From an uncultured Actinomycetes bacterium (GTDB lineage: Bacteria; Actinomycetota; UBA4738; HRBIN12), in NCBI GenBank assembly GCA_963704725.1, contig OY969934.1, positions 2,752,001 to 2,816,000 of the forward strand: DNA of 64,000 nucleotides, in the 5' to 3' direction. This document shows, piece after piece, positions 9,870 through 19,865 of this stretch. The notes beneath the pieces are model-generated. The model did no database searches, was not told the origin of the DNA, and saw nothing but the letters and a program-made list of their open reading frames with translations. The position numbers and the translations under genes were made by a program. Positions within the stretch are counted from its first letter, which is position 1, and each line of letters begins with the position of its first letter.

Positions 9870-10796
9870 CTACGCGGCGGTCGCCGCCGGCCTCGGAAGG
9901 AGCCGGGCATCTTCGATCACGTGCCGGACGGCTTCCTCGCGCCCCAGACCCATGACGTGGACTCCGGCGACGCCGGACATCTCGCGCAGACGGGTCACGA
10001 TCTCGACGCACTGGGCGGTCCCCAGGGCCTCCGCCTCGTCGCCGGCGTCGTCGAGCGCCGCGATCATCTCCAGCGGAACCGTGACCCCGGGCAGGTGCTC
10101 ATCGAGGTAGCGGGCCTGTCTCCCGCTGCGGATCGGCGCGACGCCCACGATCAGCGCTGCGCGCTCCGCGATGCCGCGGGACCGGACGAGATCGGCCCAC
10201 GCGGTCAGCGCCTCGAGGTCGTAGGTGATCTGGGTCATCACGAACGCGGCCCCGGCGTCGAGCTTGGCCTCCAGGCGGGCCGGGTCGTAGCTCGGGGCGA
10301 GCGGGCTGTCGGTCACGCCGACGAAGAACTTCGGCGGATCCGCGATGCCGGCCCCCGACAGCAGGCGCCCATCGGTGCGGAGCTCGGCGGCGAGCCGGAC
10401 GAGGTCGGTCACGGCGAGGTCCCCCACCACCGCGGCGTCGGGATGATCGCCGATCCCGACGGGGTCGCCGGTCAGGCACAGGAGGTTGCGGGCTCCCAGC
10501 GCCCAGCCTCCGAGGAGGTCCGCGGTGAGCGCGAGCCGGTTGCGATCGCGCACCGTGAGCTGCAGGGTGGGCTCGAGCCCTGCGCGGGAGACCGCGGAGG
10601 CCCCCGCAAGCGGCGACATGTGCGCGCTCGCCGCCGGGTTGTCGGTGACGTTGACCGCGTCCGCGTACCCGACCAGGTCACGTGCCTGCCGCGCCATGGC
10701 GGCCGGATCGCCCGAGCGGGGTGGCACCACCTCGGAGGTGACCGCGAAGCGGCGGGACCGGACGATGGCCTCGAGACGGCCGGCGGGCTCCCTCAA
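9870..10796 (-). CDS. metF: 5,10-methylenetetrahydrofolate reductase
   Basis: TSEVVPP, NVTDN, RDRNR, LCLTGD, KLDAGAAFVMTQ, GVHVM; TTGA overlap with folD. Confidence 0.85.
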   Translation of the reverse strand: MREPAGRLEAIVRSRRFAVTSEVVPPRSGDPAAMARQARDLVGYADAVNVTDNPAASAHMSPLAGASAVSRAGLEPTLQLTVRDRNRLALTADLLGGWALGARNLLCLTGDPVGIGDHPDAAVVGDLAVTDLVRLAAELRTDGRLLSGAGIADPPKFFVGVTDSPLAPSYDPARLEAKLDAGAAFVMTQITYDLEALTAWADLVRSRGIAERAALIVGVAPIRSGRQARYLDEHLPGVTVPLEMIAALDDAGDEAEALGTAQCVEIVTRLREMSGVAGVHVMGLGREEAVRHVIEDARLLPRPAATAA

Positions 10797-11659
10797 CGGC
10801 GCTCGACGAACCCCTCGGCCGCGGTGACCGTGTTCAGCAGCAGCATCGCCGTGGTCATCGGCCCCACCCCGCCGGGCACCGGCGTGATGGCGCCGGCCAC
10901 CTCCCGGACCTCGTCGAACTTCACATCGCCCACGAGACCCCCTTCGGTGCGGTGGACGCCGACGTCCACGACGATCGCCCCCGGCTTGACCATGTCGGCC
11001 GTCACGAGCTGCGGGATGCCCGTCGCCACCACGAGGATGTCGGCCCGCCGGGTGTGCACGGCCAGGTCCCGCGTCTTGACGTGGCAGATCGTGACCGTGG
11101 CGTTCCCCCGGATCGAGTCCTGCGCCAGCATGATCGACAGCGGCGCCCCGACCAGGTCGCCGTAGCCGACCACGACCACCTCCGCCCCCTCGAGCTCGAC
11201 GCCGCTGCGGAGCAGGAGCTCCACGATCCCGTAGGGCGTCGCCGGCGGGAACGAGGGATCGCCGCGGACCATGAGCCCGACATTCAGCGGGTGCAGCCCG
11301 TCGACGTCCTTGGCGGGGTCGATCGTCGTCTGGAGCGCGAGCTCGCTGATGTGCCGGGGCACGGGGAGCTGGACGATGATCCCGTGCAGCTCCGGATCCC
11401 GGTTCAGCCGGCGGATCGTCGCCAGGAGCTCTCCCTCCGTGACGTACGTGGGCAGGTCGATCTGCTCGGATCGGATCCCGACGTCGACGGTCGCCTTGTG
11501 CTTGGCGCCGAGGTAGATGCGGGAGCCCTCGTCGTCGCCGACGAGCACGGCCGCGAGCCCCGGCTGAACCCCTCGGTCGGCGAGCGCCTTCACGCGTTCG
11601 GCGACCTCCGAGCGGATCTGGGCGGCGACGGCCTTCCCGTCGAGGATCGTGGCGGTCAC
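10793..11659 (-). CDS. folD: Methylenetetrahydrofolate dehydrogenase/cyclohydrolase
   Basis: YLGAK, HGIIVQLP, KDVDGLHP, TPVPGGVGPMT. Confidence 0.93.
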   Translation of the reverse strand: MTATILDGKAVAAQIRSEVAERVKALADRGVQPGLAAVLVGDDEGSRIYLGAKHKATVDVGIRSEQIDLPTYVTEGELLATIRRLNRDPELHGIIVQLPVPRHISELALQTTIDPAKDVDGLHPLNVGLMVRGDPSFPPATPYGIVELLLRSGVELEGAEVVVVGYGDLVGAPLSIMLAQDSIRGNATVTICHVKTRDLAVHTRRADILVVATGIPQLVTADMVKPGAIVVDVGVHRTEGGLVGDVKFDEVREVAGAITPVPGGVGPMTTAMLLLNTVTAAEGFVERR

Positions 11660-11760
11660 GGCGGCCCATCCTATCCGACGCCCTCCGCGGTAACCGGCCC
11701 GGGCTCGCCGCTCGCGGGTCGCGTGCCGCATGATGGTGGGGATCGAGTCGAGGAGGTGTT

Positions 11761-12804
11761 ATGGAGTACCGCACGCTCGGCGGGACCGGCCTGCAGGTCA
11801 GCACCCACTGCCTCGGCGCGATGATGTTCGGCGAGTGGGGCAACCGCGACGCCGCCGAATGCGCCCGCATCGTCCACGCGGCCATCGACGGCGGGGTGAA
11901 CTTCGTCGACACCGCCGACGTGTACTCGTCGGGCGGCTCGGAGGAGATCGTCGGGGCGGCGCTCGACGGGCGGCGCGACGAGGTCGTGCTCGCCACCAAG
12001 GTCCACGGCGAGATGGGCCCCGGTCGTAACGATCGGGGGAACTCGCGCGCATGGATCGCCCGCGAGGTGGAGCAGAGCCTGCGGCGCCTCCGGACCGATC
12101 ACATCGACCTGTACCAGGTCCATCGGCCGGAGCGAGCCACCGATCTCGAGGAGACGCTGGGCGTCCTCACCGACCTCCAGCGCCAGGGGAAGATCCGCTA
12201 CTTCGGCTCCTCCACGTTCCCCGGCTGGCTCATGGTCGAGGCGCAGTGGGCCGCCGAGCGCCGCGCCCTGTCACGCTTTCGGACCGAGCAGCCGCCCTAC
12301 TCGATCTTCGTCCGCGGCATCGAGCGGGACGTCCTGCCGGTTGCGCAGCGGTACGGGATGGGGGTGCTGGTCTGGAGCCCGCTGTGCCGCGGCTGGCTGA
12401 CCGGGCGCTACCGCCGGGACGACTTCGACACGTCGCCGGAGGCCCGAGCTGCCCGGACGAAGGAGCGCGGCGGTCCGGTCGCCAAGCAGTTCGACATGAC
12501 CCGCCCCGAGAACCAGCGCAAGCTCGAGCTCGTCGAGGAGCTGGCGAAGGTGGCCGCGAACGCCGGCGTCTCGATGACGCACCTGGCGATCGCGTTCACG
12601 CTCGCGCACCCTGCCGTGACGTCGGCGATCATCGGCCCCCGCAAGCCCGAGCAGCTCGACGATCTGCTCGCCGGAGCGGACGTGCGGCTGGACGGCTCGA
12701 CGCTGGACGCGATCGACGAGCTCGTCCCGCCGGGAACGGTGGTCGACGGCAACGACCGCGGGTTCTGGCCCTGGTGGCTCGAGCCCGCCGCGTTGAGGCG
12801 ATAA
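11761..12804 (+). CDS. Aldo/keto reductase
   Basis: DTADVY, ATK, SLRRLRTDHIDLYQVH, WSPL; GAGGAGG SD. Confidence 0.93.
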   Translation: MEYRTLGGTGLQVSTHCLGAMMFGEWGNRDAAECARIVHAAIDGGVNFVDTADVYSSGGSEEIVGAALDGRRDEVVLATKVHGEMGPGRNDRGNSRAWIAREVEQSLRRLRTDHIDLYQVHRPERATDLEETLGVLTDLQRQGKIRYFGSSTFPGWLMVEAQWAAERRALSRFRTEQPPYSIFVRGIERDVLPVAQRYGMGVLVWSPLCRGWLTGRYRRDDFDTSPEARAARTKERGGPVAKQFDMTRPENQRKLELVEELAKVAANAGVSMTHLAIAFTLAHPAVTSAIIGPRKPEQLDDLLAGADVRLDGSTLDAIDELVPPGTVVDGNDRGFWPWWLEPAALRR

Positions 12805-12879
12805 GCGTCGGGGCGCCGGGGCGGACGACGACGGTCGCGCGTGCGCCGAGATCGGGCGGGCCCGGCTTCGCGGATCCGC

Positions 12880-13281
12880 TCAGGGGAGGACGGTGATCGC
12901 CGTGTGCGTCCGGACGGCGCGGGCAAGCGGGCCGTCGGCGGTCAGGAGGGCGCCTCCCACGTGGTCGGCGAGGGCAACGTATGCGGCGTCGTAGGCCGAG
13001 AAGTTCTCACGGAGCTCGAGCATCCTCCAGACCAGCCCCTGATGCCCGAGCCGTCTCAGTGGGAGGTCGAGATAGTCGGCGAGCGCATCACCGGCGCGGC
13101 GGTGGGAGACCGCCCCGCGGAGCACGGCGCGCCGCAGTCCGGCGACGACCTCCACATCGCACAGCGCGGGGATCTCCAGGTCGAGGTCCTCAGCTCGCAG
13201 GATCGCCCTGATCGGCTCCGCGGCATCCGTTCCGAGGAGGTACTCGAGGATCGCCGAGGCATCGGCGACGACGACCCTCAG
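12880..13281 (-). CDS. PIN-domain (VapC-like) toxin; probable CTG start overlapping the antitoxin stop
   Basis: VVADASAIL, DVEV, YDAAYVALA, LLTAD acidic PIN residues. Confidence 0.88.
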   Translation of the reverse strand: MRVVVADASAILEYLLGTDAAEPIRAILRAEDLDLEIPALCDVEVVAGLRRAVLRGAVSHRRAGDALADYLDLPLRRLGHQGLVWRMLELRENFSAYDAAYVALADHVGGALLTADGPLARAVRTHTAITVLP

Positions 13282-13517
13282 GATGCCTCCCGAGACGCAC
13301 GCTCCTCGCGGACGAGCTCTGCCGCGGGACGCCCGAGCTTGACCGGAGACCTGGCCTCGATCCTGTCGAAAACCTCGGCTGCCGGCGGCCTCGCGACCTC
13401 GCGCTCGAGGAGCTCCTGGATGTAGTCGGTGAGCGTCTGCCCTCGTGCTCGTGCTCGACGACCGAGCTCCCGGTGCAGACGGTCCGGAACGTTCCGGACC
13501 TGGATCATCTTCGACAT
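13278..13517 (-). CDS. FitA/VapB-like ribbon-helix-helix antitoxin
   Basis: MIQVRNVPDRLHRELGRRARARGQTLTDYI; directly upstream of the PIN toxin. Confidence 0.88.
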   Translation of the reverse strand: MSKMIQVRNVPDRLHRELGRRARARGQTLTDYIQELLEREVARPPAAEVFDRIEARSPVKLGRPAAELVREERASREAS

Positions 13518-13551
13518 GTGCAGAGCATGTCACATGTACGCAGCATGTCAA
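13513..13551 (-). promoter_or_regulatory. Toxin-antitoxin promoter/operator
   Basis: Minus strand TTGACA-N16-CATGCT, 6 nt before ATG (leaderless); TGACATGCT repeated twice plus ACATGT palindromes. Confidence 0.7.
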
Positions 13552-13572
13552 GCCGGATGGCCGCCCGCTGGG

Positions 13573-14205
13573 TCACGAGCGCCCGGCCGTGGCCAGGACC
13601 CAGAGGTGCGTCTCGCCTGCATCCTCGATCTCGTCGGCCTGCTCGATCTGGAACCCGGCGTTCAGAAGAAGCCGTACGTTCGTCTCCGCGTCGAAGTGGC
13701 TCCAGTACATCGGCGCGCCCAGGAACTCCTCCGACCGCTCTTCGGGGTTATCCCCGCTGCCGAGCGTTCCGGCGAACAACCCGCCGGGACGAAGCCACGC
13801 CGAGATCCTGGACAGCACGCCGGCGTGGAGCTCACGCCGGACGTGGATCAGCGACCAGAACGCCACCACGGCGTCGAACGACCCGGCCTGGAACTCGACC
13901 TGGGAGAGGTCGGCTCGGACCAGAGCGGCTCGCGGCGCGCGTGCCCGAGCGAGCTCGAGCTGCCGCCCGGAGCGATCCACCCCGACCACCCGGGACGCCG
14001 CTCCGAGCTCGGCCGCCACGAGCCCGGCGCCACAGCCCAGGTCCAGCACGCGAGCCTCCGAAGGCAGGCGAGCGCGCGCCCGGTCGAGGAAGCTCCGGAA
14101 GTAGCTCTCGGGCCCTCGGCCGTGCTCGGCCTCTGCCGCGTACCGTTCGCCGATCCGGTCGTAGCCCGCCTCGACGAGACGGTGCGGATCGGTCGGCTCG
14201 CTCAG
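13573..14205 (-). CDS. Class I SAM-dependent methyltransferase; start uncertain (CTG overlapping purH stop)
   Basis: GYDRIGERY N-terminal motif upstream of VLDLGCGAG, FDAVVAFWSLIH, LRPGG. Confidence 0.82.
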   Translation of the reverse strand: MSEPTDPHRLVEAGYDRIGERYAAEAEHGRGPESYFRSFLDRARARLPSEARVLDLGCGAGLVAAELGAASRVVGVDRSGRQLELARARAPRAALVRADLSQVEFQAGSFDAVVAFWSLIHVRRELHAGVLSRISAWLRPGGLFAGTLGSGDNPEERSEEFLGAPMYWSHFDAETNVRLLLNAGFQIEQADEIEDAGETHLWVLATAGRS

Positions 14206-15737
14206 TGGCGGAAGTGTCGCCGGCCGGTCGTCACGACGGCCATCCCGCGGGACTCGGCCACGGCGAGAACATCGTCATCACGGATCGACCCGCCGGGGTG
14301 GATCACGCACGAGACGCCCGCGTCGGCGGCCACCTCGACGGCGTCGGGGAACGGGAAGAACGCGTCGCTGGCCATCGCGGCCCCCTTGGCCCGGTCGCCG
14401 GCCTTGCGCACAGCCAGCCACGACGCGTCGACGCGCGACATCTGCCCCGCGCCGACGCCCACGGTGGCGCCGTCCCGGACGAACACGATCGCGTTCGACC
14501 GGACGCGCGAGGCCACCGTCCACGCGAGCAGGAGGTCCGCCCACTCGTCCTCGCTCGGCTCGCGCGCCGAGACGACCTCGAGACGGTCCCGCTCGGTGAT
14601 CACCGTGTCGCGATCCTGGACGAGCCCGCCGCCGGCGAGCGGACGGATCTCCAGCCCGCCGCGCTCCGGCAGCGGTGCCTCGACGACGCGCAGGCTCTTG
14701 CGCTCGGCGAACGCGGCGAGCGCGTCGTCGGTGAACGATGGTGCCACGACCACCTCGGTGAACACCTCGCGCATGGCCCCGGCGGCGTCGGCGTCGCACG
14801 GAGTGTTGAACGCCACGATCCCGCCGAACGCCGAGACGGAGTCCGACTCGAAGGCCAGGCGGTAGGCCTCCGCCGAGCGTGAGCGGACGGCGACGCCGCA
14901 GGGGTTGTTGTGCTTCACGATCACGCACGCCGCCTCGGGCAGCATGGCCGCGAGCCCGAACGCCGCGTCGACGTCGAGCCAGTTGTTGAACGACATCTCC
15001 TTGCCCTCGAGGAGCACGCGCGCGCCGCCGAGGACGCCGGGGCCGGCCGACTCCGCGTAGACCGCACCCCGCTGGTGCGGGTTCTCGCCGTACCGGAGGT
15101 CGGCGACCTTCTCCAGGGTCAAGCCGACGAAGGAGGGCAGGGACTCCTCCCGCGACGCGAACCAGCTCGCCACCGCCTGGTCGTACGCGGCGGTGTGCGC
15201 GAACGCCTCGGCGGCGAGCTCGCGCCGCGTCTTTGCCGACAGGCCGCCCTCCCGGATCTCGTCGAGGACGGGGTCGTATCGAGCCGGGCTGACGACGACG
15301 CCGACCGAGGCGTGGTTCTTGGCCGCGGCGCGCACCATGGCCGGTCCGCCGATGTCGATCTTCTCGATCACCTCGTCCTCTGAGGCTCCGCTCGCGACGG
15401 TCTCGCGGAAGGGGTACAGGTTGACGACGACCAGGTCGAACGGCTCGATCCCGTGCTCGGCGAGCTGCCGCTCGTGCTCGGGCTTGCGCCGATCGGCCAG
15501 GATTCCCGCGTGGATCCTGGGGTGCAGCGTCTTCACTCTGCCGTCGAGCATCTCGGGCGAGCCCGTGACCTCCTCGACCGGCGTGACGTCGAGACCGGCC
15601 TCGCGCAGCGTCGCCGCCGTCCCGCCCGAAGAGACCAGGGCCACGCCGAGCTCGGACAGGCCCCGCGCGAGCTCGACCACCCCGGTCTTGTCGTACACGG
15701 CGAGGAGCGCCCGGCGCACGGGACGCACGTCGCTCAC
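14202..15737 (-). CDS. purH: Bifunctional AICAR transformylase/IMP cyclohydrolase
   Basis: GRVKTLHP, IDIGGP, LRYGENPHQ, KHNNPCG, SDAFFPF, RHFRH. Confidence 0.97.
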   Translation of the reverse strand: MSDVRPVRRALLAVYDKTGVVELARGLSELGVALVSSGGTAATLREAGLDVTPVEEVTGSPEMLDGRVKTLHPRIHAGILADRRKPEHERQLAEHGIEPFDLVVVNLYPFRETVASGASEDEVIEKIDIGGPAMVRAAAKNHASVGVVVSPARYDPVLDEIREGGLSAKTRRELAAEAFAHTAAYDQAVASWFASREESLPSFVGLTLEKVADLRYGENPHQRGAVYAESAGPGVLGGARVLLEGKEMSFNNWLDVDAAFGLAAMLPEAACVIVKHNNPCGVAVRSRSAEAYRLAFESDSVSAFGGIVAFNTPCDADAAGAMREVFTEVVVAPSFTDDALAAFAERKSLRVVEAPLPERGGLEIRPLAGGGLVQDRDTVITERDRLEVVSAREPSEDEWADLLLAWTVASRVRSNAIVFVRDGATVGVGAGQMSRVDASWLAVRKAGDRAKGAAMASDAFFPFPDAVEVAADAGVSCVIHPGGSIRDDDVLAVAESRGMAVVTTGRRHFRH

Positions 15738-16348
15738 GCCGGCACCTCCTCGAGGACGGTGACCCTCCGGCCGTTCACCACGACTCGCCCCTCGGCCAAC
15801 GCCCGGACCGCGGCGGGTAGGAGGCGGTGCTCGACCTCGTGGACGCGCGCCTCGAGCGCGTCCCAGTCGTCCTCCGGCAGCACCGGGATCGCCTCCTGGA
15901 ACACGATCGGTCCGTGGTCCACCTCGTCGTCGACGAAGTGGACCGTGACGCCGGTGACCGCGACGCCCCACGCCAGGGCGTCGGCCACCGACGTCGTGCC
16001 GGGGAAGGCCGGCAGCAGGGCGGGGTGGACGTTCAGCATCCGGCCCTCGAAGGCTCGGACCACGTCCGGACCGACGATCCGCATGAAGCCGGCGAGCGCG
16101 ACGAGCTCGATCCCCCGCGACGCGAGCAGCTCGACGAGGGCCCGGTCGAACGCGGCGCGGTCGCCGAACGCCGCCGGGTCCAGGAACACCGCCTCGACCC
16201 CTCGGTCTCGTGCGCGATCGAGGGCGCGGGCGTCGCCGCGATCGCTGACCACGAGCGCCACCCATCGACCCACCACCGGGTCGTCGAGCAGCGCCTGGAG
16301 GTTGGTCCCACCGCCGGACGCGAGCACGGCCAGCCGCACCTCGGCCAC
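15734..16348 (-). CDS. purN: Phosphoribosylglycinamide formyltransferase
   Basis: SGGGTNLQ, LAGFMRI, NVHPALLPAFPG, TVHFVDDEVDHGPI. Confidence 0.96.
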   Translation of the reverse strand: MAEVRLAVLASGGGTNLQALLDDPVVGRWVALVVSDRGDARALDRARDRGVEAVFLDPAAFGDRAAFDRALVELLASRGIELVALAGFMRIVGPDVVRAFEGRMLNVHPALLPAFPGTTSVADALAWGVAVTGVTVHFVDDEVDHGPIVFQEAIPVLPEDDWDALEARVHEVEHRLLPAAVRALAEGRVVVNGRRVTVLEEVPA

Positions 16349-16388
16349 GATCGCACGCTAGGGACGGCGCGCTCGGGCGTCAAACGCG

Positions 16389-17006
16389 GTGACGTACGCT
16401 GCGGACGTGCCGGCGGAGGAACGGACCCGGAGCGCGCAGCGGTGCAGCGTGCACGGCTCGACGCCCTCGATCGCGGCGTGCGACGCCTGCGGGCGGCCGC
16501 TGTGCCTGGCGTGCGCGATCCCGGTCCGAGGGCGCACCCTCGGCGCCGAGTGCCTGGCGACGGCTCTGGGCCCCGACGCCCCGGTGCCGGAGCCCGCCGA
16601 GCGGGAACGGGGATGGTCCGCCCGGGCCGCCGCACGGGCGGCCTTCGTCGTCGCGGTCATCGCCACCGCCCTGCCGTGGAGCCGCTTCGGGCCCGGCTCC
16701 CACCCGTTCGGCGCGTGGAGCGCCGGACCGCGGTGGTCGATGCTTCCGGCACTGGCCGCGGTGGCCGGCGTCCTGCTGGTCATCGCGCGACCGTTCGGCC
16801 GCCGCCGCGCCCGGGCGTGGGACGCGGCCGCCGTCGCCGCCGGGCTCCTCGTGGCGGGGGGCAGCGTCCTGGCCCTGACCCGGCCGCCGGCCTTCGCCGC
16901 CCCCTGGCTCGGCCCGTGGGCGGCCCTCGGCGCGGGGCTCCTCGCCTCGGGAACGTCCCTGTGGGCCCTCCGCAGGCCCTCCGACCGGCGCGGGGCGAGT
17001 GTTTGA
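16389..17006 (+). CDS. Membrane protein with N-terminal B-box-like zinc-finger
   Basis: CSVH..CDAC..CLAC..EC followed by four TM segments. Confidence 0.65.
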   Translation: MTYAADVPAEERTRSAQRCSVHGSTPSIAACDACGRPLCLACAIPVRGRTLGAECLATALGPDAPVPEPAERERGWSARAAARAAFVVAVIATALPWSRFGPGSHPFGAWSAGPRWSMLPALAAVAGVLLVIARPFGRRRARAWDAAAVAAGLLVAGGSVLALTRPPAFAAPWLGPWAALGAGLLASGTSLWALRRPSDRRGASV

Positions 17007-17076
17007 CTCCGCGAGGGGCACGGTGTTCCATAGGCCGATCACGCCGTGACGACCGACGCAGCCTGAAAGGAGCGTC

Positions 17077-17550
17077 ATGTCCCAATCAAGCGGCTTCGAC
17101 ATCTCGAAGCTGTCGACGCCGACCAAGATCCTGCTCGGCGCAGGCATCCTGTACTTCATCGACTTGTTCCTTCCCTGGCAGCGCGTGTGCATCGGGGGGT
17201 TCTGCGGTTCGGTTGGTGGGACGCACGGATTCGGAGCGTTGAACCTCATCCTGGCCCTCGCCCTGATCGTCTGGGAGGGACTCGCGTTCTCGAGCGTCAA
17301 GATCGCCGCGCCCCGAGCGCTCATCAGCGCGGGACTGGCCGCGGCGATCCTGGTCTTCACAATCCTGAAGATCCTCGTCGACAACGACTTCATCTACCTG
17401 TTCGCGTGGGTGGGGCTCATCCTGGCGCTCGCGATCGGGTACGGCGGATGGATGCGCTGGCAGGAACACCAGGCCGGCGCCGGGGCCACAGGCGGCGGCG
17501 GTGGCGGCGCGATCCCCCCGCCACCCACGGGAGGCGGCTTCACCAGCTGA
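17077..17550 (+). CDS. Hypothetical 4-TM membrane protein with Gly/Pro-rich tail
   Basis: AAAGGAG SD, four hydrophobic helices, FLPW motif. Confidence 0.8.
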   Translation: MSQSSGFDISKLSTPTKILLGAGILYFIDLFLPWQRVCIGGFCGSVGGTHGFGALNLILALALIVWEGLAFSSVKIAAPRALISAGLAAAILVFTILKILVDNDFIYLFAWVGLILALAIGYGGWMRWQEHQAGAGATGGGGGGAIPPPPTGGGFTS

Positions 17551-17569
17551 TCCCGAAGCTCGGCATCAT

Positions 17570-17596
17570 GGAGGCCCGGCCGGCGGCCGGGCCTCC
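17570..17596. terminator. Hairpin between convergent genes
   Basis: GGAGGCCCGGCC-GGC-GGCCGGGCCTCC, 12-bp perfect stem. Confidence 0.7.
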
Positions 17597-17616
17597 GCTC
17601 TGCCCGGGTGCCGTCG

Positions 17617-18999
17617 TCAACGCGGAGGCATCCCCACCCCGAGCGAGCGCACCGCACGACCGATCGTCCCGGACCAGGCGACCGTCGCCCCACCCCCCGC
17701 CCCTCCAACGATCCCCCAGGCCGCCGCCACCAGCATCCCCGCCCCCACGTCGGGCCCGGCGATCACCCAGCCCGTGCGACCGGCCCCGCCGTAGCCCACC
17801 GTCACGCTCGAGAGCACCGCGACCGCCCCGACGAGCGCCGCGAAGACCACGCCGGCGCTCGCTCCAGCGAGGCAGGCCCGGCGGATCGGACCGCCCACAC
17901 GCGCTGCGGCCCGTCGCCCGCCGAGCACGCTCGCCACGCCGGGGGCGAGCAGGAAGAGCAGGTACGCGGGGGGCGCGGTGCCGAACCCGATCTGCCCCAG
18001 CGGGACCGGGACGACCTCGTCGCCGTTGATCGGCTGTGGCGTCGTGGTCACCTCGAGGGGGAACCGCCCGTAGCACAGGACGTTCTCGCTCGCGTCGCCG
18101 TGGACGCCGTCGCACGCGCCCATGGCCGGGACGAGCGTCCACAGGGCCTCGTCCGGCAGGAGCGCCAGATGGTGGGCCAACAGGACGAGACCCCGGGCCG
18201 GCCGGTCGAACACGCCACGGACGTATCGCGCGGTCGTGGGCGTGAGCAGCGCGGCCGGCCCGTCGGGCTGGACGACGCCGGCGAGGAACAGCCCCACGAG
18301 GGACAGCACGGCCCCGACCACGAGCATGCGCCACCCACCCGCGACCGCAGCCTCCACCCGCGCCATCGCCGGGTCGAGGGATGCGCGGGAGGCCAGGGCC
18401 GATCGGAGCCCTCCCGCGGCCCCCGCGGCCGCCGCGATCGCCAGCGGGAACGCGAGGGCCTGCCAGGTCGACAGGCTCACGTGCACCTCGCCCAGCCCGA
18501 CGGACCGCAACGTCGTCCGGACGTCGACGAGGACGGCCACGGCGAAGACGGGGATCGCGTACGACGGCGCCACCCACATGCCGCGGAGCACCCGGACACC
18601 GCGGCCGCCGCCTCCCCGGTCGGCGAGGGCGCGACCCGCCCGGTAGAGCAGCCAGACCGCGACGGCGGTGACCGACAGAAGCGCGACGCCGACGGAGAGC
18701 GATGCCGCCCCGACGGCCGTCGCCGCTTCGGAGGTCCGCGGGATCTCGAACTCGATCGCGACGTGGTGGAACGCGCCGAGGTAGATCGCGCCGATGCGGG
18801 CGAACGCGCCGAACGACGAGCCGCGCCCCCCGACCGACCACACCGCGAGCGCGAGGCCCTGTCCGATCGCGGCCATCGCCAGGAAGGCGAGGAACCCCGG
18901 CGTGAGCCGGCGCCGCCATCCTTCCAGGAGCCTTCGCCTTCCGCCGCGAGCGGGGGCGCCGCCGGCCTCGCGGTCCGGGACGGGCCCCGCGGCGGTCAC
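17617..18999 (-). CDS. Polytopic membrane protein, possibly PerM/DUF6350-like by position
   Basis: About 10 TM segments; GTGA overlap with sucD; lies between sucD and purN, where mycobacteria carry Rv0955 (PerM). Confidence 0.6.
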   Translation of the reverse strand: MTAAGPVPDREAGGAPARGGRRRLLEGWRRRLTPGFLAFLAMAAIGQGLALAVWSVGGRGSSFGAFARIGAIYLGAFHHVAIEFEIPRTSEAATAVGAASLSVGVALLSVTAVAVWLLYRAGRALADRGGGGRGVRVLRGMWVAPSYAIPVFAVAVLVDVRTTLRSVGLGEVHVSLSTWQALAFPLAIAAAAGAAGGLRSALASRASLDPAMARVEAAVAGGWRMLVVGAVLSLVGLFLAGVVQPDGPAALLTPTTARYVRGVFDRPARGLVLLAHHLALLPDEALWTLVPAMGACDGVHGDASENVLCYGRFPLEVTTTPQPINGDEVVPVPLGQIGFGTAPPAYLLFLLAPGVASVLGGRRAAARVGGPIRRACLAGASAGVVFAALVGAVAVLSSVTVGYGGAGRTGWVIAGPDVGAGMLVAAAWGIVGGAGGGATVAWSGTIGRAVRSLGVGMPPR

Positions 19000-19865
19000 G
19001 ACACGGCGGCCTGGACGAGCTCGGCGACCTCGGTTGGTGTCCGGCCGACCCGGACGCCCGCGGCTTCGAGCGCGTCGGCCTTGGCCTGAGCCGTGCCGCT
19101 CGAGCCCGTGATGATCGCGCCGGCGTGCCCCATGCGCTTGCCCGGGGGCGCGGTGAAGCCGGCGATATACCCGACCACGGGCTTCGTCATCCGATCCCGG
19201 ACGAAGGCGGCGGCGCGCTCCTCGTCGTCCCCTCCGATCTCGCCGATCAGCACGACGAGGTCCGTCCCGTCGTCGGCCTCGAAGCGCTCGAGCGACTCGA
19301 TGAACCCCACACCGTGGACCGGGTCGCCGCCCATGCCGACGCACGTCGACTGCCCGATCCCCCGCTGCGTGAGCTCGTGCACGATCTGGTACGTGAGGGT
19401 GCCGGAGCGGCTTACCAGCCCCACGCGACCGGGGGCGCAGATCTCGCCGGGGATGATGCCGACGTTCGTGACGCCCGGCGAGATCACGCCGGGGCAGTTC
19501 GGGCCGACGAGCGCGGCGCTCCGGGCGCGCAGGTACGCGCCCACCTGGGCCATGTCTCGGACGGGGATCCCCTCGGTGATGCACACGATCAGGTCGACGT
19601 GGGCGTCCGCCGCCTCGTAGATCGCCTCGGCCGCGAAGCGGGCAGGGACGAAGATCAGCGAGGTGTTGGCGCCCGTCTCCTCGACGGCGTCGGCGACGGT
19701 GTCGAACACGGGGATCCCGTCCACGTCGCGGCCGCCCTTGCCGGGGGTCACGCCGGCCACGACCTTCGTCCCGTACGCGCGGTTGCGCAGCGTGTGGAAC
19801 GTCCCCTCCGAGCCGGTGATTCCGGCGACGACGACCTTGGTGCCCTCGTCGACGAGGATCGACAC
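18996..19865 (-). CDS. sucD: Succinyl-CoA ligase alpha subunit
   Basis: [29 protein letters not shown]. Confidence 0.97.
   Translation of the reverse strand: MSILVDEGTKVVVAGITGSEGTFHTLRNRAYGTKVVAGVTPGKGGRDVDGIPVFDTVADAVEETGANTSLIFVPARFAAEAIYEAADAHVDLIVCITEGIPVRDMAQVGAYLRARSAALVGPNCPGVISPGVTNVGIIPGEICAPGRVGLVSRSGTLTYQIVHELTQRGIGQSTCVGMGGDPVHGVGFIESLERFEADDGTDLVVLIGEIGGDDEERAAAFVRDRMTKPVVGYIAGFTAPPGKRMGHAGAIITGSSGTAQAKADALEAAGVRVGRTPTEVAELVQAAVS

Noticed and set aside
16349-16388. ZMP/ZTP or purine riboswitch upstream of purN-purH (also checked guaA, folD)
   Set aside because: Upstream regions are only tens of bases and look leaderless; no room or motif
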